Assembly: GCA_041485905.1 (NCBI GenBank)
Contig: JBGPKK010000004.1
Coordinates: forward strand, 1,525 to 65,524
Length of the DNA: 64,000 bases
Source of the DNA: Vicinamibacteria bacterium
Lineage (GTDB): Bacteria; Acidobacteriota; Vicinamibacteria; Vicinamibacterales; CAVVIG01
Direction: 5' to 3'
Positions 35,744-44,688 of this stretch are shown here, one piece after another. Below the pieces are notes generated by a model that saw nothing but the letters and a program-made list of their open reading frames with translations, made no database searches and was not told where the DNA came from. The position numbers and the translations under genes are program-made. Position 1 is the stretch's first letter. Each line of letters opens with the position of its first letter.

Positions 35744-36880
35744 ATGCTAACGCCTCGTTCGACATTGACGCGCCGCATCGTCGCGGCGCTCGATGCGTCG
35801 CCGTCTCGGATCCCGGTGCTCGTCGGTGGATGCGGGAGCGGCCGTACGACCCTGCTGCAGCAGCTCCGCGATCGCGTGGGCCGGGGCCCGGCGCAGTCGA
35901 TTGACGTCGAACGAATCGCGACGACGCCGGAACGGTTCCTTCGTGCGATGGCCGCGAGCGCGCCGGTTCCCCTTGGCGACGGGTCGCCGCGCGGCGCGCG
36001 CGCCGCTTTCGACACCACGATGGATTACTTCACCCGGGCGCGCACCAGCGGTGGCGATCCGGTCACCTTCCTGCTCGACGAGTTCCTCGAGCTGCGCACG
36101 TTCGAAAGCTTTCCAGGACTGCGCCGGATCCTCCACGAGTTCATCGACTGTATCTCGTTGAGCGGTAACAGGTTTGTGCTCACCAGCCGCTACATCGTGC
36201 GCACCCTGCGGCTGCTCCGGGACCGGTCGGCGCGCTTCGAAGTCATCCACATGCCCGGCCTGACGGTCGAGGACACGATTGATATGATCGGGTTGTCGGC
36301 CGGATCCGAGAATGTGGCTGACGCCGAGTACACCGCACGCAGCGTGCAGGCGCTTTCCGATGCGCGACCGGCCTATGTTCGGGCGGTCGCCGACGAGCTC
36401 GCGTCGATGCGGCAGCACGGCGGCGGCGACGCGGTGAGTGCGCTGGCCTCGCTGATGGCGCCAGGCGGCGGGCTGTCGAAGGTGTGCTGCTTCTGCTACG
36501 AGCTGCGGCTGCACCGCGCGCGCGGGTACGGCGCGCTGAAAGCGATTCTTGAAATCCTGGGCGAGGAAGAAGGGCTCACGCTCACCGAGATCTCACAGCG
36601 CCTGCAGCGCACGCCCGGATCGACGAAGGACTATCTCTCGTGGCTCGAAGACGTGGACCTGGTGACGGCGCGTCAGAAGCGCTACAGCTTCACCGATCCG
36701 CTGCTGCGCGTCTGGGTCCGCCTGCACTGCCGCGTGACGCCGCCGAGCGAGGACGATCTCGTGCGCGAGGTGCATCGCTACGCCCTGCCGCGGCTGCCGC
36801 AGCACGAGCCCACGCCCGCGCCCGCGCTGGTCATGGCGGCGGCCGGCGGGGTCGTCTCGGGGATTATCGAGATCGATTAG
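35744..36880 (+). CDS. ATPase of the archaeal-ATPase/DUF234 type (P-loop NTPase plus C-terminal winged helix)
   Basis: Walker A GGCGSGRTT, Walker B FLLDEF, and a C-terminal wHTH-like LTLTEISQRLQRTPGSTKDYLSWLEDVDLV. Confidence 0.7.
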   Translation: MLTPRSTLTRRIVAALDASPSRIPVLVGGCGSGRTTLLQQLRDRVGRGPAQSIDVERIATTPERFLRAMAASAPVPLGDGSPRGARAAFDTTMDYFTRARTSGGDPVTFLLDEFLELRTFESFPGLRRILHEFIDCISLSGNRFVLTSRYIVRTLRLLRDRSARFEVIHMPGLTVEDTIDMIGLSAGSENVADAEYTARSVQALSDARPAYVRAVADELASMRQHGGGDAVSALASLMAPGGGLSKVCCFCYELRLHRARGYGALKAILEILGEEEGLTLTEISQRLQRTPGSTKDYLSWLEDVDLVTARQKRYSFTDPLLRVWVRLHCRVTPPSEDDLVREVHRYALPRLPQHEPTPAPALVMAAAGGVVSGIIEID

Positions 36881-36881
36881 A

Positions 36882-36960
36882 AACTTAGAACTTAGAACTT
36901 AGAACTTAGAAGGACAGAGCGCAGTCCTTTTCACTTCTTAGGTTTCAGTTTTAAGTTTCT
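36882..36960. repeat. AACTTAG x4 tandem array plus an imperfect complementary arm (bidirectional terminator-like hairpin)
   Basis: The array starts 1 nt after the TAG at 36878-36880. There is an inner GGAC-N8-GTCC hairpin. The right arm (CTTCTTAGGTTTCAGTTTTAAGTTTCT) encodes the last codons (EKLKTET) of rnc on the opposite strand. Confidence 0.7.
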
Positions 36961-37882
36961 CTAACGCCGCCCGCGCCGCTTCCTGCTCCGCCTCTTTCTT
37001 GCTCGGTCCCGTCGCCGCGGCGATCGCCTCGCCGCGCACCACGACTTCAACCTGAAACAGCTTCCGGTGATCGGGGCCCACGGTGCCGGCAATCCGGTAT
37101 TCGGGCAGGGCGTAGTCATGCGACTGCAGATATTCCTGAAGCGACGATTTGTAGTCCCGGCCGGCGAGGCCGTGCCGGCGGACGTCGTCCAAGAGCGGGC
37201 CGAACTCCCGCGTGATGAACGCGTGCACCTGCTCGATGCCGCCATCGAGATAAATCGCCGCGATGAGCGCCTCGTAGCCGTCGGCGAGCAACGCCTGCTT
37301 GCGGCGCCCGCCGGTTTTCTCCTCACCGCGTCCGAGTAACAGATGATCGCCGAGGCCGAGCCGCTCGGCCTGCTGGGCGAGCGCCGCCGTCGACACCAGC
37401 GACGCTTTGGTCTTCGACTTCTGCCCTTCGTCGAATGCGGGAAAATCCCGGAACAACTGATCGGCGATCACGAAGCCCAGCACCGCGTCGCCGAGAAACT
37501 CGAGCGATTCGTTGTCGAGCACGCCGCCGCTCACATCCTCGTTGGCGCGCGAGGTGTGCGTCATCGCGTGCTCGAGCAGTCCGATGTCGCGAAACCGGTA
37601 CCCGATCGCCTGCTGCAGCGTGTCGAATTCGTCGCGCAGCCGAATGACGCGTCCGCCCGACACCGCGGTCCGATGACTCTCGATGATGCGCCGCGCCTCG
37701 TCGGCGTCGTCCTCGTTGACCGAGAGGCGCACTTCGCCGAGCGCCCCGACCGTAGGCGGAAAGACCGAATACGGCACGTTGGGGGACATCACCGACGGCA
37801 CGCCGTGCGCTTCGAGCAGACCGCGGACGACGCTCGCCTCGATGTCGGAGTGCGCGCGGAAGATGATGACCAGATCAGCCAC
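36938..37882 (-). CDS. rnc: Ribonuclease III with an N-terminal DUF2007-like (putative signal-transducing) domain
   Basis: NESLEFLGDAV signature, and a dsRBD at the C-terminus (GPDHRKLFQVEVVV). The first 80 aa or so (LVIIFRAHSDIEASVVRGLLEAHGVPSV...VRLSVNEDDADEARRII) follow the DUF2007 pattern. Confidence 0.9.
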   Translation of the reverse strand: MADLVIIFRAHSDIEASVVRGLLEAHGVPSVMSPNVPYSVFPPTVGALGEVRLSVNEDDADEARRIIESHRTAVSGGRVIRLRDEFDTLQQAIGYRFRDIGLLEHAMTHTSRANEDVSGGVLDNESLEFLGDAVLGFVIADQLFRDFPAFDEGQKSKTKASLVSTAALAQQAERLGLGDHLLLGRGEEKTGGRRKQALLADGYEALIAAIYLDGGIEQVHAFITREFGPLLDDVRRHGLAGRDYKSSLQEYLQSHDYALPEYRIAGTVGPDHRKLFQVEVVVRGEAIAAATGPSKKEAEQEAARAALEKLKTET

Positions 37883-37897
37883 GGTCGGTGGGGACCC

Positions 37898-40171
37898 TCA
37901 CCGCGCGAGCTCCACGACCTCGGCGATCCTCGTTGAGGCTGCTGCTCCGACCGCCTCCACCTTGAGCAAGATCATCGTCATGTCGTCGTGCTGGGGTGCG
38001 CTGCCGACGAACGCCTGGATCTCGCGGAGAACGCGCTCGCGCAGCTCGTCGGAGGAGAGGTGCGCGTGCTCTTCGATGAGCTGGCCGAGGCGGCCCTCGC
38101 CGAAGAAATCGTCGGCTTCGTTCATGGCCTCGGTGATGCCGTCTGTGAACAACAGTGCCACGTCGCCCGCATGGAGCGTGAGCGTGTGCTCTTCGAGAAG
38201 ACGCTCGAACATCTCGCCGTTGTCGATGTTCAGGCCGAGCACGAGACCGTCGGGCGCCAGGACGCGCACGTGGCGATCCAATGGAGAGTCTGGCCCCGGC
38301 AGGTACATGAGGGGCGTGTGGCCGGCACGCGCATACGTCATCGTGCGGGCGTCGAGGTCGACGACGGCGTAGGTCATCGTGATAAAGCTGCCGGGGTTGA
38401 GGTTCGCCGCGATGATGCGGTTGGCCGCCAGCATCAGCCCGCGCGGCGAGGTGTGAATCTGGCTGAGCGACAGCACCAGGCCCTTGAGCTCCGCCATGTA
38501 CAACGCGGCCGACGTGCCCTTTCCTGACACGTCGGCGATCAGGACGCCCAGGCGGCGGTCGCCCAGCCGGAAGAAGTCATAGTAGTCGCCGCCTACTTCC
38601 CGCGCCGGGACGCACAGCGCGCTGACCGAGAGGCCCGGCATCTCGAGCGGCCCCTGTGGCAGCAGCGACATCTGAATTTCTCGCGCGATGCGCAGCTCTT
38701 CCTCGAGCCGCTTCTTCTCGGCCGCCTGACGCAGCAGATCCTCGATGCTGGCGGTCATCGAGTTGAACGACACCGACAGCTCGCCCAGCTGATCGTCGGT
38801 CTGGACCGCAATCTTGTGCGTGAAGTCGCCCTGGCGAACGCGCTCGGTGCCGGCGAACAGCTCGTGGACCGATCCGGTGATCGACTTGGCGAGCGCGAGC
38901 CCGGCGAAGAGCGCAATGAACTCGATGATCAAAAACAGACCGGCGACGATGAAGAGCACGGTGAGCAGGACTTGTCCATAGCTGCGGCTGCCGATCGATC
39001 CCTGAACCGCCGAAATGTGGCTGTAGATCTGACCGATGCTGAGCTCGACGGACACGAGCAGCGTCCCGATCGTGCCGGTGTTCCAGTCGCGATATTCGAG
39101 AAAGGTGATCCAGTTGAGCGGCCCCGTGGACTCGGCCCGGGCGGCCGCGGCGTCGCCGCCCGATCGGCCGGCCAGCGGTGTCGCTTCGGCCTGATCGCCG
39201 ACCTGCAGCGCGCTCGTGCCCCGGACGTCGACCCCCGTCTCCTCTCGCAATTGCTTTTTCACGGCGTCGCTGACGATCAGATCGGCGACCACCGCATAAC
39301 CCGGCATGGTCGAATCCGGAAACGCCACCGCCCGCAGCATCATGTGCGTGTCTTCGGCGCCGCCCGTCAGCTCCATCCGCTGACCGCTGACGATGATGGT
39401 CTTGCGCGAGTCCACCTGCTCGGGCGAGAGGCCTGTGGTGTGGCGGTATGCGAACAGTCCGGCGAACCCGCCGCAGTCGATCCACGAAGGCACAGTCCGG
39501 GGCGGCTCGACGTGCGCCCACGGTCCTGCCGTCGCCGGCGCGGCCGTCGCGCTGGTCGCGGCGGCGCCGCGGCCGGTCTGCGCGCACGGACGATCGATCG
39601 GCACGAGCGCGAGCGACGCGTCGGGAGACTCGCCGGCGGCCATCTCCTGCCGGCGCGCGAGAATGCCTGCGACACCCTGTCCGCCGGCGCGCTGGATCTC
39701 GAGCGCGGTGCTCGCGGCCAGAAACCGCGCGCGATCCTCCATCGCGCCCAGGCGCGTGCGTACCAGATACGAGCTGAAGTTGAAGAACAGGAGCAGGCCG
39801 CACAACACGAAGAACGTGACGATCAGCGTGGCGGGAACGAGCCCGATGAAGATGTACGAGAGCATCAGTTTGCGGCGCACTCGCCAGAGCAGCCGTCGCT
39901 TCGCGATGACCAGAAGACGGAAGACGAAATATGCGGCGCCGACCGCCAGCGCCACACCGGCCGCGGTGTCGATGATGCCGAGAAACGCCGGCGCGATGCC
40001 AAACAGCCCGAGGCCGTAGACGACGAGCCGCGCGACCAGCCCGATGACAATCGCGCGGCCGGGCAGCGTGTGCAGGAGTGCGTGTCGCACGCCTTGTCGG
40101 CGATTTCGAGCCGGCCCGGCGAGCGACGGTATCGATGATGCGAGCCTGCGCGAGGATCGTGGTCCGGCCAT
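37898..40171 (-). CDS. Membrane-bound HAMP domain / PP2C (SpoIIE, RsbU-like) serine phosphatase
   Basis: Multiple TM segments, a large extracytoplasmic segment, HAMP (DDQLGELSVSFNSM), and PP2C motifs GGDYYDF, DVSGKG, TDGITEA. Confidence 0.85.
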   Translation of the reverse strand: MAGPRSSRRLASSIPSLAGPARNRRQGVRHALLHTLPGRAIVIGLVARLVVYGLGLFGIAPAFLGIIDTAAGVALAVGAAYFVFRLLVIAKRRLLWRVRRKLMLSYIFIGLVPATLIVTFFVLCGLLLFFNFSSYLVRTRLGAMEDRARFLAASTALEIQRAGGQGVAGILARRQEMAAGESPDASLALVPIDRPCAQTGRGAAATSATAAPATAGPWAHVEPPRTVPSWIDCGGFAGLFAYRHTTGLSPEQVDSRKTIIVSGQRMELTGGAEDTHMMLRAVAFPDSTMPGYAVVADLIVSDAVKKQLREETGVDVRGTSALQVGDQAEATPLAGRSGGDAAAARAESTGPLNWITFLEYRDWNTGTIGTLLVSVELSIGQIYSHISAVQGSIGSRSYGQVLLTVLFIVAGLFLIIEFIALFAGLALAKSITGSVHELFAGTERVRQGDFTHKIAVQTDDQLGELSVSFNSMTASIEDLLRQAAEKKRLEEELRIAREIQMSLLPQGPLEMPGLSVSALCVPAREVGGDYYDFFRLGDRRLGVLIADVSGKGTSAALYMAELKGLVLSLSQIHTSPRGLMLAANRIIAANLNPGSFITMTYAVVDLDARTMTYARAGHTPLMYLPGPDSPLDRHVRVLAPDGLVLGLNIDNGEMFERLLEEHTLTLHAGDVALLFTDGITEAMNEADDFFGEGRLGQLIEEHAHLSSDELRERVLREIQAFVGSAPQHDDMTMILLKVEAVGAAASTRIAEVVELAR

Positions 40172-40197
40172 GGACGTGGACTTCGCGATATTAACAG

Positions 40198-41373
40198 ATG
40201 TATCGTAACTGGCTCGTGAAGCTCACAGCGACCGCGCGGTTCAGCACGATCTGTCTGCACGCAGGACAGGAACCCGATCCGTCGACAGGCGCCATCATCA
40301 CGCCCATCTATCAGACATCGACCTACGTCCAGGAAGCGCTCGGCAAGCACAAAGGGTTCGAGTACGGTCGCACGCAGAACCCGACGCGTCTGGCCGTCGA
40401 GAAAAACCTCGCGGCAATCGAAGGCGGCAAAGCGGCGTTCGCGTTTGCCTCAGGCATGGCCGCGATCGGCGCCATCGCCACGATGCTGCAGTCTGGCGAT
40501 CACGTGATCGTCTCCGACAACGTGTACGGCGGAACGTACCGCCTCTTCGAGAAAGTGCTGCGCCGCTATCAGATCTCGTTCTCCTACGTGGCCACATCGG
40601 ACCTCGACAAGGTCGAGCGCGCAGTGACGCCGAGCACGCGGATGCTGTTCGTCGAGACGCCGACCAATCCCATCCTCGCGCTGACCGATCTGAAAGCTGC
40701 CGCGGATCTCGCGCATCGGCACCGCCTGCGGCTGGTCGTTGACAACACGTTCGCGAGTCCCTACGTCCAGCGGCCCTTCGAGCTCGGCGCGGATATCGTC
40801 ACCCACAGCACGACCAAGTACCTCAACGGCCACAGCGACAGCGTCGGCGGCATTGTCATCGCCACGCGGGACGACGATATCGAGTGGCTGACGTTCATAC
40901 AGAATGCGGAGGGTGCGATTCTCGGCCCGTTCGATTCGTGGCTGGTACTGCGCGGCACCAAGACGCTGCCGCTGCGCATGCAGCAGCACAACGCCAACGG
41001 CCTCGCGCTCGCGCAGTTCCTGGCGGCGCATCCCAAGGTCCGCCACGTGCATTACCCGGGGCTGCCGTCACACCCGCAGCACGAGCTCGCTCGACGTCAG
41101 ATGCGGGGATTCGGCGGCATGGTGGCGTTCGAGCTCGGATCCCTCGAAGCCGCGCGGCGGCTGCTCAACTCGGTCCGCCTGCTCGCGCTCGCGGAGAGCC
41201 TCGGCGGCGTGGAGACGCTCATCTCCCACCCCGCGACGATGACGCACGCCTCGGTGCCGGCCGAGCGTCGCGCGGCGCTCGGCATCACCGAGGGCCTCGT
41301 CCGGATTTCAGCCGGTATCGAGGACATCGAGGACCTCAAAGAGGACCTCGCGCAGGCGCTGGATCGCGTCTGA
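40198..41373 (+). CDS. Cys/Met-metabolism PLP-dependent enzyme (cystathionine gamma-synthase/beta-lyase family)
   Basis: TICLHAGQEPD, YGRTQNPT, STTKYLNGHSD (PLP Lys). Confidence 0.85.
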   Translation: MYRNWLVKLTATARFSTICLHAGQEPDPSTGAIITPIYQTSTYVQEALGKHKGFEYGRTQNPTRLAVEKNLAAIEGGKAAFAFASGMAAIGAIATMLQSGDHVIVSDNVYGGTYRLFEKVLRRYQISFSYVATSDLDKVERAVTPSTRMLFVETPTNPILALTDLKAAADLAHRHRLRLVVDNTFASPYVQRPFELGADIVTHSTTKYLNGHSDSVGGIVIATRDDDIEWLTFIQNAEGAILGPFDSWLVLRGTKTLPLRMQQHNANGLALAQFLAAHPKVRHVHYPGLPSHPQHELARRQMRGFGGMVAFELGSLEAARRLLNSVRLLALAESLGGVETLISHPATMTHASVPAERRAALGITEGLVRISAGIEDIEDLKEDLAQALDRV

Positions 41374-41378
41374 CCAGA

Positions 41379-42005
41379 GTGATCGACTTCATCCTTCACA
41401 GCGATAACAAGCTGCTCGAGCTCGTCGCCACCTACGGTTCGTGGGTGTACGGGATTCTCTTTGCCATTGTGTTTGCGGAGACCGGCTTCGTGGTCACGCC
41501 GTTCCTGCCGGGCGATTCGCTGCTGTTTGCGACCGGCGCGCTGTGCGCGACCGGCGCGCTGAGGACGATGCCGGCCTTCGGACTCCTCGCGCTCGCCGCC
41601 TTCACCGGCAACGCCGTGAACTACACGATTGGGCGCATGGTGGGCCCGCGGGTCTTCGCCGCCGGCATCTCCCATCGCCTGCTCAACCGCGAGCATCTCG
41701 GGCGCGCCCATGCGTTCTTCGAGCGCTACGGCGGCAAGGCCGTCGTGCTGGGCCGTTTCGTCCCCATCGTCCGCACCTTCGTCCCGTTCGTGGCCGGCGC
41801 GGCACAGATGACGTCGCATACGTTCGCGATCTACAACTTCGTCGGGGCGGTGGCGTGGGTCGCCCTGTGCCTGGGGTCGGGTCTGCTCTTCGGGAATGTG
41901 CCGATCGTGAAGGACAACTTCTCGCTGGTGACGATCGGGATCGTGTTCGTCTCAATCCTGCCGATGATCATCGAGTACGCGCGGCATCGGGGACGGCAAG
42001 AATAG
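41379..42005 (+). CDS. DedA family membrane protein
   Basis: FAETGFVVTPFLPGDSLLF and GRFVPIVRTFVPFVAG motifs. GTG start 5 nt after the upstream stop. Confidence 0.85.
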   Translation: MIDFILHSDNKLLELVATYGSWVYGILFAIVFAETGFVVTPFLPGDSLLFATGALCATGALRTMPAFGLLALAAFTGNAVNYTIGRMVGPRVFAAGISHRLLNREHLGRAHAFFERYGGKAVVLGRFVPIVRTFVPFVAGAAQMTSHTFAIYNFVGAVAWVALCLGSGLLFGNVPIVKDNFSLVTIGIVFVSILPMIIEYARHRGRQE

Positions 42006-42323
42006 CTAGCGCGTGACGCCGGTTATCCAATCGATATAGCGCTCGCTCCCGCCGTCCACCTTGACGACGATGAACTCCGGAAGCTCGTAGGAATGGAGCT
42101 GGTGGAGTCTCGCCTCGAGCGCCGCCAGGCGATCGCCGGTCGTCTTGATCACAATCTGGCGCTCCGTGTCCCGCTCGACCGCGCCTTTCCATCGATACAC
42201 GGAGACCATAGGCGGATGCACGTTCACGCACGCGGCGAGCCGCTCCTCGACGAGTTGTTGCGCCCACTGCTCGGCGCGATCGTCGGCCGGCGCAGTGGTC
42301 AGGACGATGAGGATGTCTGTCAC
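42006..42323 (-). CDS. cutA: Divalent-cation tolerance protein CutA
   Basis: LAACVNV...SVYRWKG...YELPEFI pattern; 105 aa. Confidence 0.9.
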   Translation of the reverse strand: MTDILIVLTTAPADDRAEQWAQQLVEERLAACVNVHPPMVSVYRWKGAVERDTERQIVIKTTGDRLAALEARLHQLHSYELPEFIVVKVDGGSERYIDWITGVTR

Positions 42324-42386
42324 GGCTCAACAATATCGCGGTTGCGCCTTGTACTTTCTTCCGGATTGTTGTACCGTCGTGGGCGC

Positions 42387-42746
42387 GTGGCCACCCTGGA
42401 GCATCGCCCGAGCGCGAAGCGCCGCACCCAGCCCTCCAAACGACCGGCGAAAGGCCGCCGCATCGTACAGTTTCTGCTGATCTTCGTGGCGGTCGTGGCC
42501 GTGATCGACGGCCTGGTCGGCGATCGGGGATTACTGGCGATGCTGCGCGCGCGCCACGAATACGACGAGCTCGCCGCGACGATCGCCCGCCAGCGCGCCG
42601 AAAACGCGCGCCTGCGCGAGGAGGCGCGGCGGCTTCGCGAAGATCCGGCTGCCGTCGAGGAAATCGCCCGGCGAGAGCTCGGCCTCATCAGGCCCGGCGA
42701 GAAGGTCTTCATCGTCAAGGACGTCGCGCCGCCCTCCGGAAAATAA
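42387..42746 (+). CDS. ftsB: Septum formation initiator FtsB/DivIC family
   Basis: TM helix (IVQFLLIFVAVVAVIDGLV), then a coiled coil, then EEIARRELGLIRPGEKVF. A GTG start is the only one that retains the TM helix. Confidence 0.65.
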   Translation: MATLEHRPSAKRRTQPSKRPAKGRRIVQFLLIFVAVVAVIDGLVGDRGLLAMLRARHEYDELAATIARQRAENARLREEARRLREDPAAVEEIARRELGLIRPGEKVFIVKDVAPPSGK

Positions 42747-42753
42747 TGAAGTC

Positions 42754-44427
42754 TCACTTTCGCTCCCCCGTCCGATCGCGAAGCCATGACGGCGACGAGG
42801 GGGCACGCACGAACTCGTAGCCGTCCTCGACCTGGTTGGCGTAACAGAGCGCCCCCGGCTGCGCGCAAAGCGGACCGACGCGCGTCTGTGCGCAGGACCC
42901 CGGCCAGGCGACACCCTTCGAATCGGCCAGCAGCAGAATCTTTTCGCATCCCGCGGTCGCGATCGGCGGCTGCGCGGGTTCGCGGCCGGAGACCCGCTCG
43001 GCAAAAATTTCCGCGACCGGATTGTCCAACGCCGGCCAGCGGCGCCAGACAGAGGCGGCGAGCGCATCCGGCTTCAGATAGTTGTCGGGCAAGCGCGGCG
43101 CAAACGTGACCGCGCACCAGACCATCGAGGCGGCCGCGAGGACACGGAACCAGCCTCGCTCGGCGACCTCCGAGCTTGCAGAGAAGAACGGAACGGCCAT
43201 CGGCAGCAGCCAGAGACCGTACCGGCTGGGATTTGGCGTGCCGCCGCTGTTGACGTTCGTCGCCTGACTGAAACCGACAAGGAACAACGCGCCGACCATC
43301 AGCGCCGCGCCGTGCTCGAGCGTCAACAGGCGCCGAGGGCCCCGCCAGAGGGTGATGAGCGTCGCGGCCACGACGGCGGCTGTAAAAAACGGCGCGTGCA
43401 CCAGGATTCCGACGTTGAGATCGACCGGCACAGCGATCAGCTCGCGCAGGGACGGCCGGTGCCAGTCGATGGCGCCGTGCAGTGCCGAGAAGATGCCGAG
43501 CCGCGCGTAGTAGTAAATCGGATGCAGGGCGGCCAGCGCACCGCCGGCCACGAGGGCTGTCCACATCCGCCGGTCGCGGCGGCCGTGCCTGACAAACCCG
43601 CACGCCGCAGCCACGAGCATGGCGCCGGCGATCGGCGGATTTTGCGCCGCGGCCATCCCGAACGCGATCACCGACCACCACGGCGCCACCGCGAGGCAAG
43701 CGGCGCCGATCGTCAGGAGTGAAAAGGTAAACGCCTCGGCGTGCGCCTTGTCCAGCCACCAGAGAACGGGACCGGCCGCAAACAGCAGCACGACTGGATG
43801 CGAGACATGTCGCCACAGCACCGCGACGGCAATCAGCAGAAGCAGACAGTTCAGCGCGGTGAAGCCGTAGACAGGGTTGACGCCGTTGGCCAGCGCGATA
43901 CGCACAAATGGCGCGGCGAGCAGCGGGTACAGCCAGAAATGTGTGTAATCCTGGCGCCCGTCCGCACCGCGGTAATTCGGATCAACGAGGTTTATGCCGG
44001 TGTCGCCTGGAAAAAACTCCGGCACCCGCGTAATCACCGACGCGGGCACACTGGGGGCGGAGCCGTCGGCGAGACTGAGGGACATGGCGAGGTATTCGGC
44101 GCCGTCGCCGACACGGCGCGGGCTGGAGAGCGAGATCAAGCCCAGGGTCAATCCGATCAGCGATGCCGCGAACCAGACGCCGGCGCCTCGCGTCGGCGGC
44201 GCGAGCATGCTGCCGATGAGCAGCAGCACGAATCCCACGACCGCCGGCCGCCCCGCCTGAGTCGCGGAGATCCCGACGCGGGCAAGGCGAAGCTCTCCCC
44301 CGCCTGTCGCGACAATAAGGATGGATACGAGGAGAAAGAACGCCGCCGCACCGACGAGCACGGTGCGGAGCGTTGTCGATTTCGACCGTGCCGCGAGGCG
44401 CGCGGCCGGCGCGACGCCCGGCGACAA
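42754..44427 (-). CDS. Polytopic integral membrane protein (GT-C/O-antigen-polymerase-like architecture; function unknown)
   Basis: More than 10 hydrophobic segments. No motif that I can name. Confidence 0.55.
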   Translation of the reverse strand: MSPGVAPAARLAARSKSTTLRTVLVGAAAFFLLVSILIVATGGGELRLARVGISATQAGRPAVVGFVLLLIGSMLAPPTRGAGVWFAASLIGLTLGLISLSSPRRVGDGAEYLAMSLSLADGSAPSVPASVITRVPEFFPGDTGINLVDPNYRGADGRQDYTHFWLYPLLAAPFVRIALANGVNPVYGFTALNCLLLLIAVAVLWRHVSHPVVLLFAAGPVLWWLDKAHAEAFTFSLLTIGAACLAVAPWWSVIAFGMAAAQNPPIAGAMLVAAACGFVRHGRRDRRMWTALVAGGALAALHPIYYYARLGIFSALHGAIDWHRPSLRELIAVPVDLNVGILVHAPFFTAAVVAATLITLWRGPRRLLTLEHGAALMVGALFLVGFSQATNVNSGGTPNPSRYGLWLLPMAVPFFSASSEVAERGWFRVLAAASMVWCAVTFAPRLPDNYLKPDALAASVWRRWPALDNPVAEIFAERVSGREPAQPPIATAGCEKILLLADSKGVAWPGSCAQTRVGPLCAQPGALCYANQVEDGYEFVRAPSSPSWLRDRTGERK

Positions 44428-44461
44428 CCGATCAGACCTCCAGCGGCGCGATTATACGAGG

Positions 44462-44650
44462 TCACCCTCCCTTTACTGCAGCCGGGCATCCACGTCGCCC
44501 GATCGGCGCTGAGCGTCCGGCGTGGCCAGCGGCGCGCTCCCCACTGCCGCTCGACGACCCAACCCGTGAGGAGCGGGCAAAGAGCGTCCGCAACAACCGA
44601 TAGATCGCGAGCGATCGGGTGAGGCCGACGCAGCGATCGAAGCGGCGCAT
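44462..44650 (-). pseudogene. Internally deleted remnant of an FkbM-family methyltransferase 5' end
   Basis: MRRFDRCVGLTRSLAIY + RLLRTLFARSSRV parallels MSRFDRAVGLLRSLAIY ... AAVLRTLFARTASV of the intact FkbM gene at 46494. The SAM-binding segment between them is missing. Confidence 0.45.
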
Positions 44651-44680
44651 GGGTGATGTGAGGTCCCGTGCGACCACCGT

Positions 44681-44686
44681 TATAAT
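44681..44686 (+). promoter_or_regulatory. Perfect TATAAT hexamer 2 nt upstream of ATG 44689 and 11 nt upstream of ATG 44698
   Basis: Read directly (gtTATAATcgATGccaacgATG). Confidence 0.35.
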
Positions 44687-44688
44687 CG

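Noticed and set aside
38577-40138. 408-aa (-) and 440-aa (+) ORFs inside the HAMP-PP2C phosphatase gene
   Set aside because: Both are alternative-frame or antisense shadows of a gene with TM, HAMP and PP2C motifs.
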